64,000 bases of DNA from Psammoneis japonica (lineage: Eukaryota): assembly GCA_008632985.1 (NCBI GenBank), contig QPGO01000208.1, positions 1-64,000 on the forward strand, read 5' to 3'. Numbering within the stretch: the stretch's first letter is position 1; each line of letters starts with the position of its first letter. Shown here piece after piece: positions 1 through 12,239 of this stretch. The notes beneath the pieces were generated by a model that worked only from the letters and a program-made list of their open reading frames with translations, did no database searches and had not been told where the DNA came from. A program made the translations under genes and the position numbers.

Positions 1-550
1 ACGACACTGTGCATAAGAGCAGTCTCTTTCCGCGGTAGCTCCCAATCTGAACGTAGTTCTTTCATTTTCTTCCTAGTTAGTCGCCTCTTCAATGATCGCC
101 GGCTACCTGCCGCGCTTCCCTTGGAACAAACAGATGCGGATTCCGCGTGTTTCTTTCTAGAGAATTTCTTTGTTGCCTTTGGCCTTGAAGGATCCTTATG
201 CGCAGCTACAATTCTCAGTGACGATGGAGTTACCATGAGTTGCCTTCGTTGTGTGGGGAAAACGACCAATGAAGACGTATTTGGATATACCGCTTCAGGT
301 TCTTCGACTTGAGTCGTGGTAGAGTCTCTAAACATTGAAGCCTTATCATACTCAAGTCGTTCCTCCACTGATTCATCTTCCTGGCTGTCATGAGTAGGCC
401 TTTGAGTTATCTCTTCTTCCATAAGGGCTTGTTTCCGCAGGGCTAAATACTCCGTCTTTGAAATATGACCTTCTGGTAAAGATTCACCACCCGATCCACA
501 GCGGCGCGAGAACCTTGACTTCTTTGCGCATCCCCGACGCCGCGTTGAGC
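1..550 (-). CDS. Probable C-terminal continuation of the 443-2824 gene, truncated by the window edge
   Basis: Manually translated stop-free frame of ~180 codons with the same composition as the upstream ORF. Confidence 0.5.
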
Positions 551-2824
551 TTCAAACACGAGCTGAGAAGATTTTACAATACCAAGTTTTTGCAAAGCCG
601 CTACAACATTGGAAGGGATGGTGTGTTCCGTAGCTTCCTTTTCACGTTTTGGTGTCTGATTGCATGAACTTGTATTCGTAGCAGATTGGTTTGATGGTGA
701 ACCCCTCAGGTTGGAATTCTTTACCGCAGATTCAGGTGCCGAAGGTAATGTGGGGGTTGGGTAGCTCGGTGTCGATACTCGTATTGGCTGCTTGATCGCT
801 CCCATAGTACGATGAACATACTGTACAGGACTCACATCACCTTCATCACTGTCCCAACGTGACTGTGGCGGCGGTAGAATCTTGCTGCCATCAAGCTTGC
901 CAATGAATTGTTCCAATGGAATATGTAGTTCTTCAGAATCGTGTTCGGTGGCTGGGCGATCACTCCCCTTAGTTTCTTTGTTGTCATTATGCTCATCAAC
1001 ATCTTGCTGTATCGGTGCCTCCTGGATAGGGCCGGTCATGATGGAGCTCTGAAAGTCTTCCAGTTCGTCGCAAGAAGATCCACTGTCGTCATCGCTCTCA
1101 TCAGTCAATCTGGACACCTCCTCGTCAGGAATCTCGAGTGTCGACGACAAAGTTGAGCGTACTGTGCTTTGCTCTTTGCACCCTTCTTGATCCTTTGTCA
1201 TACCTTTGAAAATCCCCAGCTTGTGCAAAGCTGTTGTAACCTCGGGAGACACACGAGTCGACACATCATAGCTGGGAGGCCTCGCGTCGTCGGCGGCGGA
1301 TCGCAAATGGACATTCTCCGCGGCATCTTCGTTGGTCACTCTCACGTCATCGAGAAGCGTTTGTTCTGTGTCATTCTTATTTTCCACCATTTCTTCTACT
1401 AAAGCCGCGACAGACGTGGATGTGTCGTCGTTTTCACTGTCTAGAAATCCGATTTCGTCGTTGCTTCTTGACAGGTACATGAGATGTTCAATAACGCTGT
1501 TGCTTGCCACTTGTTTCTCTTGAGGAGACTCGGACGTATCGCCTGTAGTATTCTTTTGTTCAACGTTTGCTTCGACCGCCGATGTACGCATTTCCTCATC
1601 GTCGTTCTTGTCAATAGATTGGATCGACCCGTCGTCGGGATCAGCATTATTCTTTTGTTCAAAGCTTGCTTCGACCGTCGACGTGTGCATTTCCTGGTCG
1701 TCGTTCTTGCCAATAGAGTGGATCGACACGTCGTCGGGATCAGCATTATTCTTTTGTTCAAAGTTTGCTTCGACCGTCGACGTGTGCGTTTCCTGATCGT
1801 CGTTCTCGCCAATAGAGTGGATCGACTCGTCGTCGGGATCAGCATTATTCTTTTGTTCAAAGTTTGCATCGACCGTCGACGTGTGCATTTCCTGATCTTC
1901 GTTCTTACCAATAGAGTGGATCGACTCGTCGCCGGGATCAGCATTATTCTTTTGTTCAAAGTTCGCTTCGACCGTCGACGTGTGCATTTCCTGATCGTCG
2001 TTCTCGCCAATAGAGTGACTCGACTCGTGGTCGAGATCAGCGTCCAAACCCACAACCTTCAAATTGCTTGGCGGGTCTCGAGGTAGTTCAGACGCCAGCT
2101 GCTTGTTTGGCTGACCACTAATAGTTTGAACTTGGTTCTGGTTAGGGTTCAAATGTGCTGGTTCGCCTACTAATCCCATTCTCTGCATATCATCTGAAAC
2201 TTTCTTTGCAAGTTTTCGCTTGTGTTTGGATGCACTCTTCCCAGAACTCTTGCTACTGTCACGGCTCGCACTACGAGAAAAGAAGCTACCCCATCCACTT
2301 GTCGGAGAAAGAGACGCCTTTCGCTTCGGCGCAATGGTGTTTCGCTTTGTTTCGACACTCCTGCAACGTCGGCTCCATCTGGGTCGGATTGAGTCCGAGT
2401 GTAAGGCCGGAGGGTCGAATTTCTGCACTTCATCCTGATCCTTCTTCTCTTCTTTAAACGACGCAATATTCTGGGCATCAATCTCCTTCGGAGTGGGAGA
2501 CTCAGCTCGATTCTTCCAGACTTTTCTGCCGGGCACTTGTCTCTGCTTTTCAGCGGGTTTCAGTCCTTCTTCAATTCGGTTCAAGTTTGAACTGTTGCGC
2601 ATCAGGTGAGCATCCAGCGGACCCTGTTTTTTCTGCTGCTGCCCATGCTGCTCCTGCTGCTCCCGAACCAGCTCGTCCGCTGCGCTACGAAAGGCACTCA
2701 CTCCACTGCTGGTGCTGCCATTGCTAACGGACCAGTCATCGGCTGCTGACCCGCCACTTCTGCTACCAGACCCGCGAGAACCTCCTCGGGGTTTGGCACG
2801 GGGTTTGACACGAAAAGTTCCCAT
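443..2824 (-). CDS. Large low-complexity/disordered hypothetical protein (793 aa ORF) with 33-aa tandem repeats; probably continues off the left edge in another frame
   Basis: Long ORF from ATG 2824, S/E/D/K/R-rich, no recognisable domain. A second minus-strand frame (…LPEGHISKTEYLALRKQALMEEE…) is open from ~550 to base 1, implying a frameshift or unresolved intron near 450-590. Confidence 0.7.
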   Translation of the reverse strand: MGTFRVKPRAKPRGGSRGSGSRSGGSAADDWSVSNGSTSSGVSAFRSAADELVREQQEQHGQQQKKQGPLDAHLMRNSSNLNRIEEGLKPAEKQRQVPGRKVWKNRAESPTPKEIDAQNIASFKEEKKDQDEVQKFDPPALHSDSIRPRWSRRCRSVETKRNTIAPKRKASLSPTSGWGSFFSRSASRDSSKSSGKSASKHKRKLAKKVSDDMQRMGLVGEPAHLNPNQNQVQTISGQPNKQLASELPRDPPSNLKVVGLDADLDHESSHSIGENDDQEMHTSTVEANFEQKNNADPGDESIHSIGKNEDQEMHTSTVDANFEQKNNADPDDESIHSIGENDDQETHTSTVEANFEQKNNADPDDVSIHSIGKNDDQEMHTSTVEASFEQKNNADPDDGSIQSIDKNDDEEMRTSAVEANVEQKNTTGDTSESPQEKQVASNSVIEHLMYLSRSNDEIGFLDSENDDTSTSVAALVEEMVENKNDTEQTLLDDVRVTNEDAAENVHLRSAADDARPPSYDVSTRVSPEVTTALHKLGIFKGMTKDQEGCKEQSTVRSTLSSTLEIPDEEVSRLTDESDDDSGSSCDELEDFQSSIMTGPIQEAPIQQDVDEHNDNKETKGSDRPATEHDSEELHIPLEQFIGKLDGSKILPPPQSRWDSDEGDVSPVQYVHRTMGAIKQPIRVSTPSYPTPTLPSAPESAVKNSNLRGSPSNQSATNTSSCNQTPKREKEATEHTIPSNVVAALQKLGIVKSSQLVFEAQRGVGDAQRSQGSRAAVDRVVNLYQKVIFQRRSI
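1548..2025 (-). repeat. Coding tandem repeat, 99-bp unit (ESIHSIGENDDQEMHTSTVEANFEQKNNADPDD), ~5 copies
   Basis: CGGGATCAGCATTATT recurs at ~1636, 1735, 1834 and 1933 (99-bp period). Confidence 0.95.
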
Positions 2825-3552
2825 GGTATGTTGACGTGATGATATTGACTATTGGGAGAGAAGCAGAAAGAACCTTAGGCTTGCGTTCTTTCTTCGAGGG
2901 ATCGAGTGGTGGTGTCTTGGATAGTCGGAATTCAACAAAGGGGTGACGTTTTCAGTCGCAATCACGCGCAGGACCATTGCGAAACTGGGAACAGGGAGGC
3001 AAACGCGGTTTCGTCTCGATTGCCTGCGACTCGTGTTTCGTGTTTGTACAGTAGCTTTTTGTCTGATACTCGCAAATGACTGTGACCTCGACAATTGATG
3101 ACTTATGGAACTCTCAACGGTTCAGATATCTTGTTAGCTGATGGAACTAATGAGCTCCAGTAACGTATGCACTATAGAACCATTTCTTACATAAAAGCCG
3201 ATACAAACTAATTCGAGGGAAATTATGGGTATACAGTCTTTGTAATAACCCAAAAGAATGAGATCTAAGCAAATATCATGTGTTTCTGATTATTTGATTC
3301 TCAGATCCATAGCTTGTTTATTGAATTTTTAAATTCGGGACTGACGCAAGAGAACAAAAAACTGTTCCCGCCAGCGCCTGACGTCTGAACTCCATTTTCG
3401 ACTCCATCGACTCACTTCGGAGGTCATTGGAAGACGTGCGACGAACAGAGAATTATGACCCATCGGTGACCCTGTGACCCCGCCACAACTTCTTCGCTCA
3501 TTTTTTTATCCCAACGTACCGGTACGCACGTCTACCTTTTATCGACATTACA

Positions 3553-4038
3553 ATGTTCAAAATGTTTGGCCGGCTCTTCCTATATGCACTCTTGCTATTT
3601 TTCTTGGTTGTATCAGTAACTGCTGAAGCTGATGACAAAGTCGTCGTGGAATTGATTAGAGATTCGGACGGTGAGTTAGTTAATTCCGACCATCGATACC
3701 AAGCCATGGTGACGCTCTACATTGCCAACGCTGACGGCACTCGAACTCCTTCGGGCTGGTCCACTCGGGTGGAAGACGGAGCAGCCGTTGACAAGCCTTT
3801 CGAGTTTCATCCCGGTATAAATCTTATTCCTGGATGGACAGAGGGAGTTCTTCAAATGAAAGAGGGACAACGCGCTCTCCTCCATGTGCCAGCAAGCAAA
3901 GGTTATGGCGAGAAACAAATGGGAAAAAAATATGGCGGAGGCTTTTACATCCCGGCGAATAGCAACTTGGTGTTTGACATTGAAGTCTTGAAACGAACGA
4001 CTCCAGATCTGCCACCACGAGAAGTCCCCGACTTGTAG
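3553..4038 (+). CDS. FKBP-type peptidyl-prolyl cis-trans isomerase with signal peptide
   Basis: Hydrophobic N-terminus; FKBP motifs PFEF.PG..LIPGWTEGVLQMKEGQRALLHVP..KGYG and IPANSNLVFDIEVL. Confidence 0.93.
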   Translation: MFKMFGRLFLYALLLFFLVVSVTAEADDKVVVELIRDSDGELVNSDHRYQAMVTLYIANADGTRTPSGWSTRVEDGAAVDKPFEFHPGINLIPGWTEGVLQMKEGQRALLHVPASKGYGEKQMGKKYGGGFYIPANSNLVFDIEVLKRTTPDLPPREVPDL

Positions 4039-4154
4039 ACTATCGGCTTTCACGGTGTGCGTGACACATGCTTCGCTTGGAATAGTAGCCTAGAGGGTGA
4101 GTCGCGATACTCTAAAGGAGTGAAACTAGTGTTTAGCAGCAATTCTCGTGATTA

Positions 4155-6502
4155 CTACTTTGCCTTTAAACAAATCTTGAATTCAAACTTTTTGCCGGCA
4201 TTAGTCTTTTCGACCCCAAACTCTTCGTCTCGACATCTAACAAAAGACGCCAAACTCCCGTACTCCTCCTTGAGCTCTGTCAATGCCGATACTTCTTGAC
4301 GGTCAGATGTTCCACTATTGGCCGCCAAGTACCGTCCAACATCTCGAGAGCTAGCCGCTCCACCACTGGCGTGCAGATACTCTTCAATCAAGGACGTTAC
4401 GTGATTGGAAATGGCCGGATCACCCGTGTCGCCTGTCTCACATTGTCGCTGCAAAATCTTGTTTTGTCTATCTTCCTCCTGTCGCGCCTTCCAAGCCTCG
4501 GTCTGCAAATCTATAAAGGTTTGGATTCGTTCCAACAAGACAGGCTTAGTTCCTGATACCATCAAACCAAACTCTCGCAAATGTTCTTTTAGCTGCACAA
4601 CAGTCATCGCAGAATAGTCCCGTGTCAACTCGGGTGGCATTTCTTCTTCCTCCTCCTCCTCCTCCTCTTCTTCTTCCTCCTCCTCCTCCTCGACTGGACT
4701 TTCCATGTCATGATATCCTCTAGATGAAAGAGACGGATCCGGATTAAGAGAGTGAAAGTACCACTTTTCTCGCGGTTCGTCATCCAATTCTTGAAGAGAA
4801 TAGGACTCAAAGAATGCTCGTTCATCCTTTGAAAACTTTGTTCGCTTGGCAAGCTCCATCAAGTAGAGTTTGCATTCGCTGCTCAATGAGATCCTAAAAT
4901 CACGATGGAACATGACGGGTAAGTCAAACACACAAGACGACATTGCAACGGCAATACACCTCACAACGAAACGAGCGCTCACCAAAAGACACGGTCCCGT
5001 GGATCCTTTGACTGTGGCCGGATATGGGCATCAAAGCATTCACTCTGACTCACAAACTGAAAGAGTCCCCCGTATCCCATCTTGACCGCTTCTGACACAC
5101 TGGTATCTCCAATCGTGACGTGTTTGAGATAACGCCCCACATCTCTCGAATTGACTTCTTCCAAGTTTGATTTTCTCAAAAAGTCCGCCAACACCTTGAC
5201 GACCGTAAACCGCGACACGGCTTCATGAACAACCGTTCGTTCCTTTTTCTTGACCAACAATTCCTCCAAATGGTCCTCTAGATAAATGATATCAAAATCC
5301 TTGACATTGGGTGTTTCCTCCAGAGCCCGGTTACAACCGGCTCTCATGCTGACAATGCCGACTTGTCGTCCCTTTTGTCTTGTTCGGAGCAGCGCCGGCA
5401 AAAAGTCCTTGTCTCCACTCAACAAAATTGCTACATCGTACGCATTGGGAACCGTGGCATAATGCAACATTTCCACCGCCAATTGGATATCGACACACTT
5501 TTCTCCCGGTCCGACCGTGGTCATGCAAAAGACATCGTAATTGGCATTGCGCAAATCTTCATAGAGCCGTACTCGATACGAATGTTTGGCGGTATCGTTC
5601 TTCATGCTGGTAAAGACGGAAGCACGAACAATTTCCATGGGTCTCAAGGCCGATCCCCAATTTTGTGCCTTGAGCATGCCTGACAATTCGCGACAAACAA
5701 TACGGGGTAATTGTGCCCAATCAATTTCATACCGCGTTTGCCATTTCTTTCCGTATTTTTGTGTAATTGCACATTCTGACTCACGCCGTCCGTAAATGGA
5801 ATAATACAACCAAGTGCCATCAATAAACATCATGACCTTGAGGGGTGCCAAAACATTTGTAGTAGTAGTAGTTGCGGATGCTGTAGTAGTGGGAGTTTGT
5901 TGTGAGAAGAGTGTTTGTGGTGGTGACGACATGGGTGGTGACATGGTTTCCGTTTCTTCTTCTTGCGGTTGAAACTGTAATTGTTGATGTTGCTGCTGTG
6001 AGTTGGACTGCGATTGAACCATTTTCATGAGTAAATCAATTTGTGCTTGCTGTTGTTCTATTCGACGTTGAGTTTCATCCCTATTGTTGTTCTCGCTGCT
6101 ACTGCTTGCCGCAGATGATTCGGCATCACTCATACGTTCCAACAGCGGAGTTAATTCATCTGAATCTTTACTGGTTTTTGAACCATCATTGGCGAGCTGA
6201 AACTTTTCAAAATCAATATCTTCTTCGTCTTCTTGATCGTCATACAACATGTCGTCGTCGTCGTCGTTGTTTTGTTTGGCTGAAATCGATAATCTTGGTG
6301 ACTTTTCGTTTTGTTGTTGTTGTGTAGTTTGTACCAATCTTGGAAACAGAGTCGAACCAGTAGTACTAAAACCATGAACATGATGATTGAATCGTGTGCT
6401 GGATACAGTAATGCCGAGTAGGAACAAAACATACTGCCTGTTATTCCGTGCTGCTGTTCTTTTTTGGCGGACTTGCTGTCTTGGGCGTCTTGTCGTCGTC
6501 AT
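4155..6502 (-). CDS. NYN-domain (PIN-like) ribonuclease with two LOTUS/OST-HTH-like repeats and a SAP domain, probably plastid-targeted; exons 6502-4983 and 4893-4155
   Basis: NYN motifs MFIDGTWL, EKCVDIQLAVEML and LLSGDKDFLPAL; two SRDVGRYL…YG.L..FV repeats; SAP motif YSAMTVVQLKEHLREFGLMVSGTKPVLLERI. An 89-nt GTGAGC…TTTTAG intron joins the two ORFs in frame. Hydrophobic segment followed by VHG-FST. Confidence 0.85.
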
Positions 6503-6899
6503 TATGATTTATGATGTAAATGTAATTATAGTAAGAGGCATAGATCTATCACACATTGCGCATGTATATCATAGAGCAGTGTCTCGTTGTTGTGAATCGC
6601 AGCAACGACAACATTCAACGACAGCAATACCGGCGACGGCTCCGATCGATGATGTGTGATGTATGATGTGTGTTATGTTGATGTTCGTTTTTCAATCGAC
6701 GATCGATGTGCTCCACGTGGCAACAGGGTGGAGGGAAGTTTCGACTTTTCAAATCTCTGTAGAATCCTACGAAGATTTGCAGTTGTCGGGGATACTGTAG
6801 ATCCCCCATTGGAGGAGATAAATACTCTTGTGCTGCAAGCAGCTGCAACGCCGAAATTGCCTTTCGTGTGTGGGCCCGAAGCAGAAGGCGCTACTAGAG

Positions 6900-7417
6900 A
6901 GTGCGACATAATGTTTCGCCCGAGCCAATTGCCTTGGCCATTGACGATGGAGCCAACGATGTCGGTTTGATCCGAGAAGCCAACGTGTGCGTGGGAGTGT
7001 CTGGTCTTGTAGGCAAGCAGGCTGTAAATGCGTCTGATTTCCCAGTTCCGGCATCTCGAGGAGCTACTCCTTATCCATGTGCGATGGAACTTTTCCGGAT
7101 GGGCATAGTCGTTCTTTTCTCTTTTCTCTTTCTATAAAAATGCTTTGAGTTCCCGGGCTCTTTTCAGTGGCACTCCGCTGTTCGACGAATGGGTTATCGC
7201 GACGTTGAACTTTGTTGTAGGAGCTCCGATTCTCATTCTGAGAATATCTGACCGACACTTAGAGAAAGATTTCGTCAGGAAGGTATGCTGCTGGACGCAA
7301 CAACGGACGCACGATATACCGTTGGTTGCTGCTTACTCTTTTCTATACTTTTTGTACTCTCTACTCTCTGAACATGCCACCTCAAAGCGGCGATGGTGGA
7401 ATGACCTCTGCATTTAA
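6900..7417 (+). pseudogene. Fragment of a P4-type ATPase (phospholipid flippase), C-terminal part
   Basis: [36 protein letters not shown] (degenerate GDGANDV hinge), then VVLFSF/FYKNA and LFSGTPLFDEWVIATLNFV in shifting frames; no N-terminal half. Confidence 0.85.
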
Positions 7418-7949
7418 AAGAAAGTTGGAAAAATACGGATTTGGAAGATACGCAATTTTGCGAATACTCTCAAACAGCAAAGGCCGTCGGTGTGACAAAC
7501 TTTAAACTTTGATATAACCTAGTAGGCTTTACAATACTGTAATGTGACAATCCTATGAAAATGGCTCTATTGGCGACGAGCTACCATAACCCAGCTGCTG
7601 CTCCAGACAACAGACAATCTACCGTGCGTCACCGTAATTCTCGGGTCAGGATGGACGAGTTACTGAATCCTGTGCCCAGCACAACTGAACTGGAAGGCTC
7701 TGTTTCGACCGGCATATCGAGACTACCATAGACGTACGATAGGATCAACCTATTATTCTAAAATTGCCGCTTGGGAATCAGTGTCCCATCCGGCCAATCA
7801 TGTGGGTCGCAATTTCCAAAGCGTCCATAGTCTCAAGTCGTAACCTTAGTCGTGTCGAAGACACCTCTGACCGACTCCTCCTCGCCAAAGACTTTGTGGC
7901 TTTGAAGGAGGAATCTTGATGCAACATGACGAGCCAACGAAGAAAGTCG

Positions 7950-8205
7950 TGAGCAGATTCCATAAACCCATGAGCAAGACAAAAAAAACATGAGCAGATT
8001 CCAAAAACCCATGAGCAAGACAAAAAAAACATGAGCAGATTCCATAAACCCATGAGCAGATTCCACATTTCCCCCGAAATCTGTGAGCAAATTCCTTTAC
8101 AGTATTGATTCTAAGTAATAGTAAACTCCGTAGAAATTCGGAAAAAGGAATTTGCTCATGCCAAAAATTTGTGGAGATGGAATTTGCTCATGGATGCTCA
8201 TGAGT
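7950..8205. repeat. Convergent array of (CA)TGAGCARATTCC motifs with a perfect 15-bp inverted repeat around a 45-bp AT-rich spacer
   Basis: Direct copies at ~7950, 7990, 8030, 8051 and 8084; inverted copies GGAATTTGCTCATG at ~8147 and ~8179. TGAGCAAATTCCTTT (8084-8098) is the reverse complement of AAAGGAATTTGCTCA (8144-8158). Confidence 0.85.
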
Positions 8206-8460
8206 TTTGTTTTGTCACTTTTCTCACTTTTTGCTCGTGAAAACCGACTGGAACTGAGAACGCTCGCATCAACGCACCGCAATGAACCGCCTTCTTTCGT
8301 CGCAGTCACCTGCCGCCACACTGCTGCCGGCGTGCGTGTGTACCTTCAACCTCCCTACTCGTGCTGAAGAAGACGTCCAACCCTCTCGCTCTTACCAGGC
8401 CCTCATACCTTCTCGCCCGGTGCTAATCTGTCTCCCGGGGTCACCGTACTTTCACGGGAC

Positions 8461-9784
8461 ATGTCGGGTGCTTCGACCTTGACGGCGTACCTTCAGAACA
8501 TCCCTGAAGCAAGAAGGAGAGGTTCTGCCGCCTGCAGTAGCAGACTCGACCGGAGTTTTGGGCGAGGACGACGAAGACGAACCGAGCACACCTCCTACAG
8601 CTGCTGGTTTTGCTGGTGCCCTTGCTTCTTCGTCGAGGCATTTTCGGTGCCACGAGCGCTTTGACGACGTCACTATCTCGTCAGTCTTCAACCTCCGCCG
8701 CCTCCGCCTCCAGCATTGGCCATTCAGGACGGGCAGACAACACGACTGCTACTGTACACTCAGCGCTACCTACTGCTAGGCGCCAGCAATATGACCGACA
8801 GTCTAATGTCAATGAGTTGATGGCCTCGGCGGGTATTGTCCATTCAGGACGGGCAGTCGGCACGACAGCAGTCAGCGCTACTACCCACCAGCAGTTGTAT
8901 GACCTACAGTCCAACAAAAATGAGTTGGTGGCCTCGGCGGGTGACTTCGAAACACTCCTGCAGCTTTCCGTACCCATTGTACGGACGGTTTTTGAAAGCC
9001 TCATCGGCGAGACGCAAGAAACTGCTGCTCATCTTCTCTCCTCGGAAAGGGAGGATAACGAAGCCAAGATTGAAAGCCTTGAATCCCAGATCCATACGAA
9101 GAAGGAAGCCTTCACTGACGCAAACCGGCAGATGCGGATGGCACAAATGGAGGAGACGGCTGCGAGGAATGCTTTGAATGCAAAAGAGAGGATCGTTACT
9201 CAAGCGACATAGCTGTGTGCCGAAGAGAAAGCCACTCTGGATCGACTTGTGTCTCTCCTTTCTTCACGTCTGCAACGAATCGCATTGCTAGAGTACATCA
9301 AGAACCCTCCGGCGGTCGGGTTATACACAGATCTCCCTATACCCGAATCCATATGAAGCTGGACTGTCAAGAAGCATGGGATGATCTTGCAGAACAGAAG
9401 ATCTGCGCCACCGAGAGAAAGTATGCTCAGATGGCCAGCTTGGGGATTGTCGGACACGCGGAGTTTCCCGGGAAAAGTTTCCCGTTTTACAGGAGGAGGA
9501 TCACTGGCGCTGGACAGGAGACCAAAACCCAGTACATTCAAAGGTTGGACTTCTTGAAGTTTCGTGAGGAAACTCAATCGGAGAAAGTAGCACGCCTTGC
9601 GCTGGAGGCTGAGGCGGCGATGGAAAAGCTCCGCGCTGCCCAGCAGCACACCCAGAACGAAGCGGATTCGGCGTCTACCTCCCATGGCGTCATGGAGGGT
9701 GATTCCAACGCCCTCGGCAACGACGCAAGCGCTCCTTTGACGAAGAAGCGGAAGTTCGAAGGCGCTTGTGACGCCGAGCTTTAG
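8461..9784 (+). pseudogene. Disrupted gene for a coiled-coil hypothetical protein
   Basis: Protein-like text runs across 3-4 frames. In-frame TAG at 9210-9212 is followed by plausible coding sequence (LCAEEKATLDRLVSLL…), then a frameshift near 9350. C-terminus has NLS-like TKKRKF. Confidence 0.55.
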
Positions 9785-12239
9785 GGTAAGTATCTACTCT
9801 CTGCTCTAGTAGAGAGAGTAGGAGAGGGCCCTACCACCAGTAGCTAGAACACCAGCATCTATCTAGCCCATGATATTTTCGTTGACCCAAGCAATTACAG
9901 TGTGGCTTCCTCGATTGAAGCTAACCCAGTTCACAGTTTAGTACTCCTATGACGTGCTACGAGCTATTTCACACATGCCGAGAATTGCCGTCGCTAGACA
10001 AGCAGCCAACAGTAGAGATACCATTCAAAAGAGAGTGACGTTGGGTGGAAGTATGATGTATGTTGTTCCAAATGGCGGCTTGTTTTAGTCGTACAGTACG
10101 TATCCTAGATTGCCCACACGTAGAACCGTACGTTTTCAGCGATTTTCAACGCGATTTTTTGGCGATCTTTGGCGAGCTGCGACGAAGACACCTTTTGATT
10201 GTTTAACGAGTTGTGACCTACAGGCCCGTTCATTACAAGACAATTGATCGTAGATGGGTGATGGAGAAGTGTCAAATGACCGGGACTGTTAACATCTAAA
10301 AGAAGGTGAAATCCTTGTTGCATTTTTTGTCAACTGGGAAGCGTGCCCTGGGGATGTGAGTGAGTGGATTGCAGGTTGCCTTTTAGACCTGGCAATTGTG
10401 CGACTTTGTTGGCAAGCGGCTCCCATCAAACTATGGTCACCCCCCTTTGATTGCCCCGGTTCGGATCACCGTGCACCCGTGAAGAGCCTGGCATTTCCTA
10501 AATCTGCGACAGCATGTGAGTTTCCCATTTGACTTTTACATTCAGAGCTCTTCCTTGCCCAAAAATGTTTTTGGCCTCCTCCAGCCAGTGCATCACCGTG
10601 GAATTTTCAGCTTTCTGTTGCTGCAGTTTTCCATGTTTGTGGTTGTCATGCTGGGCTCACAGCCGCCTTTTTTCTTGTCGCAGGGTCGCAGGCATGGTGG
10701 CAAAATGCAACTTGCAAATTTTTTGGGTTCCATTTGGGGCTGACATGAAAAACAAACAAGTCAGCTGTGCTGGCATCTGTGCATCAAGAATTAAAGTTAA
10801 TTTGACTTTCTCAATGCACAGCTGCTTGGCTGCAAACAACTCCACAACAAGCACAGCACCTGGCGACATTGTTTTTGAGCACAACAAGAAAAGCTTTGGC
10901 GGGCAAAAGCCATGTGGAGGTTGGTGCAGTTTTGCTGTGCAGCAGCCCTCTGGTGCTCTTCTTTTTGAAGCAGCAGCACTCTCACCAAAAAGAAGATCCT
11001 CCATGCCTAAATGACCAATCAAGAAAGATGATTCCATCTGGACAGCAATCTTTGCAAGTGATGCCAACAAACAACAAGCCACATGGAAAAGAGGCGTGCA
11101 AATGAGAGCAAGTGCTGATGCTTGAGGCCTGAGCCAACATCTTTTAAAAAGGGACAAACCATTCACAATGGCTGGGGTTGTTGTGTCAGGTGCGTGTCAT
11201 GGTTTGATCAGGGTCAAGAGAGAAGCCTGGGCTTGACTTGACTTGAAACTTCACTTCAGTCTTGGTGCTTGACAGCTTGAACTGTGCTGTGAGTCAGAAG
11301 CTGCTGGGCTGTGCTCTGCCCCCCAGCATGCATGGCCAAGTGCCAAAAGCCTCCTGTCCAGTCTACAGGGAGCTCTTGTGCTGGCACACCCATTTTGTCC
11401 ATGCAGCTGGCAGCACTTTGGTGGGTTGCTTGTGAGCAGAGCAACAAGTTGCAAGTCCCTGCAAGCAAGCCAAAAGAGGCAGGCATGTTCCCCCAAACCT
11501 TTCTCATTTTCTGCTCTGGCTGGATGACCCAGTCAGACAAAAGGGAAGAGAACAAACAAACAAGAAAAATGTGCTCTCAAACCCCAGTTTGGGCTGCAAT
11601 CATGATTGCCTCCCCTCACAGTTGCCCCCACAAACCTTGTTGAGCTGCAGAAGACCAGCAGTCTGGGGAACAGATGTGGAGCAGAGGTTGCAGCATGGAC
11701 TCAACATGGACTCAGCATGCAGCAAAAGCAGCAAGGCTGAAGTCCACATGATGTGTTGCAGCATGACAGGGGGCATGAAACACAGTCCTTGTGTGACACG
11801 GAGTGGGAGTGTGCAAAGCACAGCAAGGCCCACCTCAAATGTCAGACCACCTGACATGGATCATGAAGCACAGGGGTCTGTGTTGAGCATCAGACACCAT
11901 CTGTGGTGGGTCCATCACAGGGCCCTAAATCACCCTGTGTCTGGTCACCAGATGTGCGGCAGCTGAGGTCTGTCACAAGCCCATCACACTCAATTCACAC
12001 AAAGATCATCCAGCCACAACATGTGTCCTGTTGTCAGACATCTTGTGACCAAGGTCTGTCACAATTTCATGTCAAGTTGCTGGGGGTCATCCTGCTGCAC
12101 AAACCATCCTGTGTGAGACAGGACAACCAGTTGTTGCCAGTTCTTGAACACTTGGCTGGATGGAACCTGGAGCTCACAGTGGGTTCACAAAGATCCAAAA
12201 AACATGTGTGCATGTCAACAGCTTCAGCTGAGAGATAAA

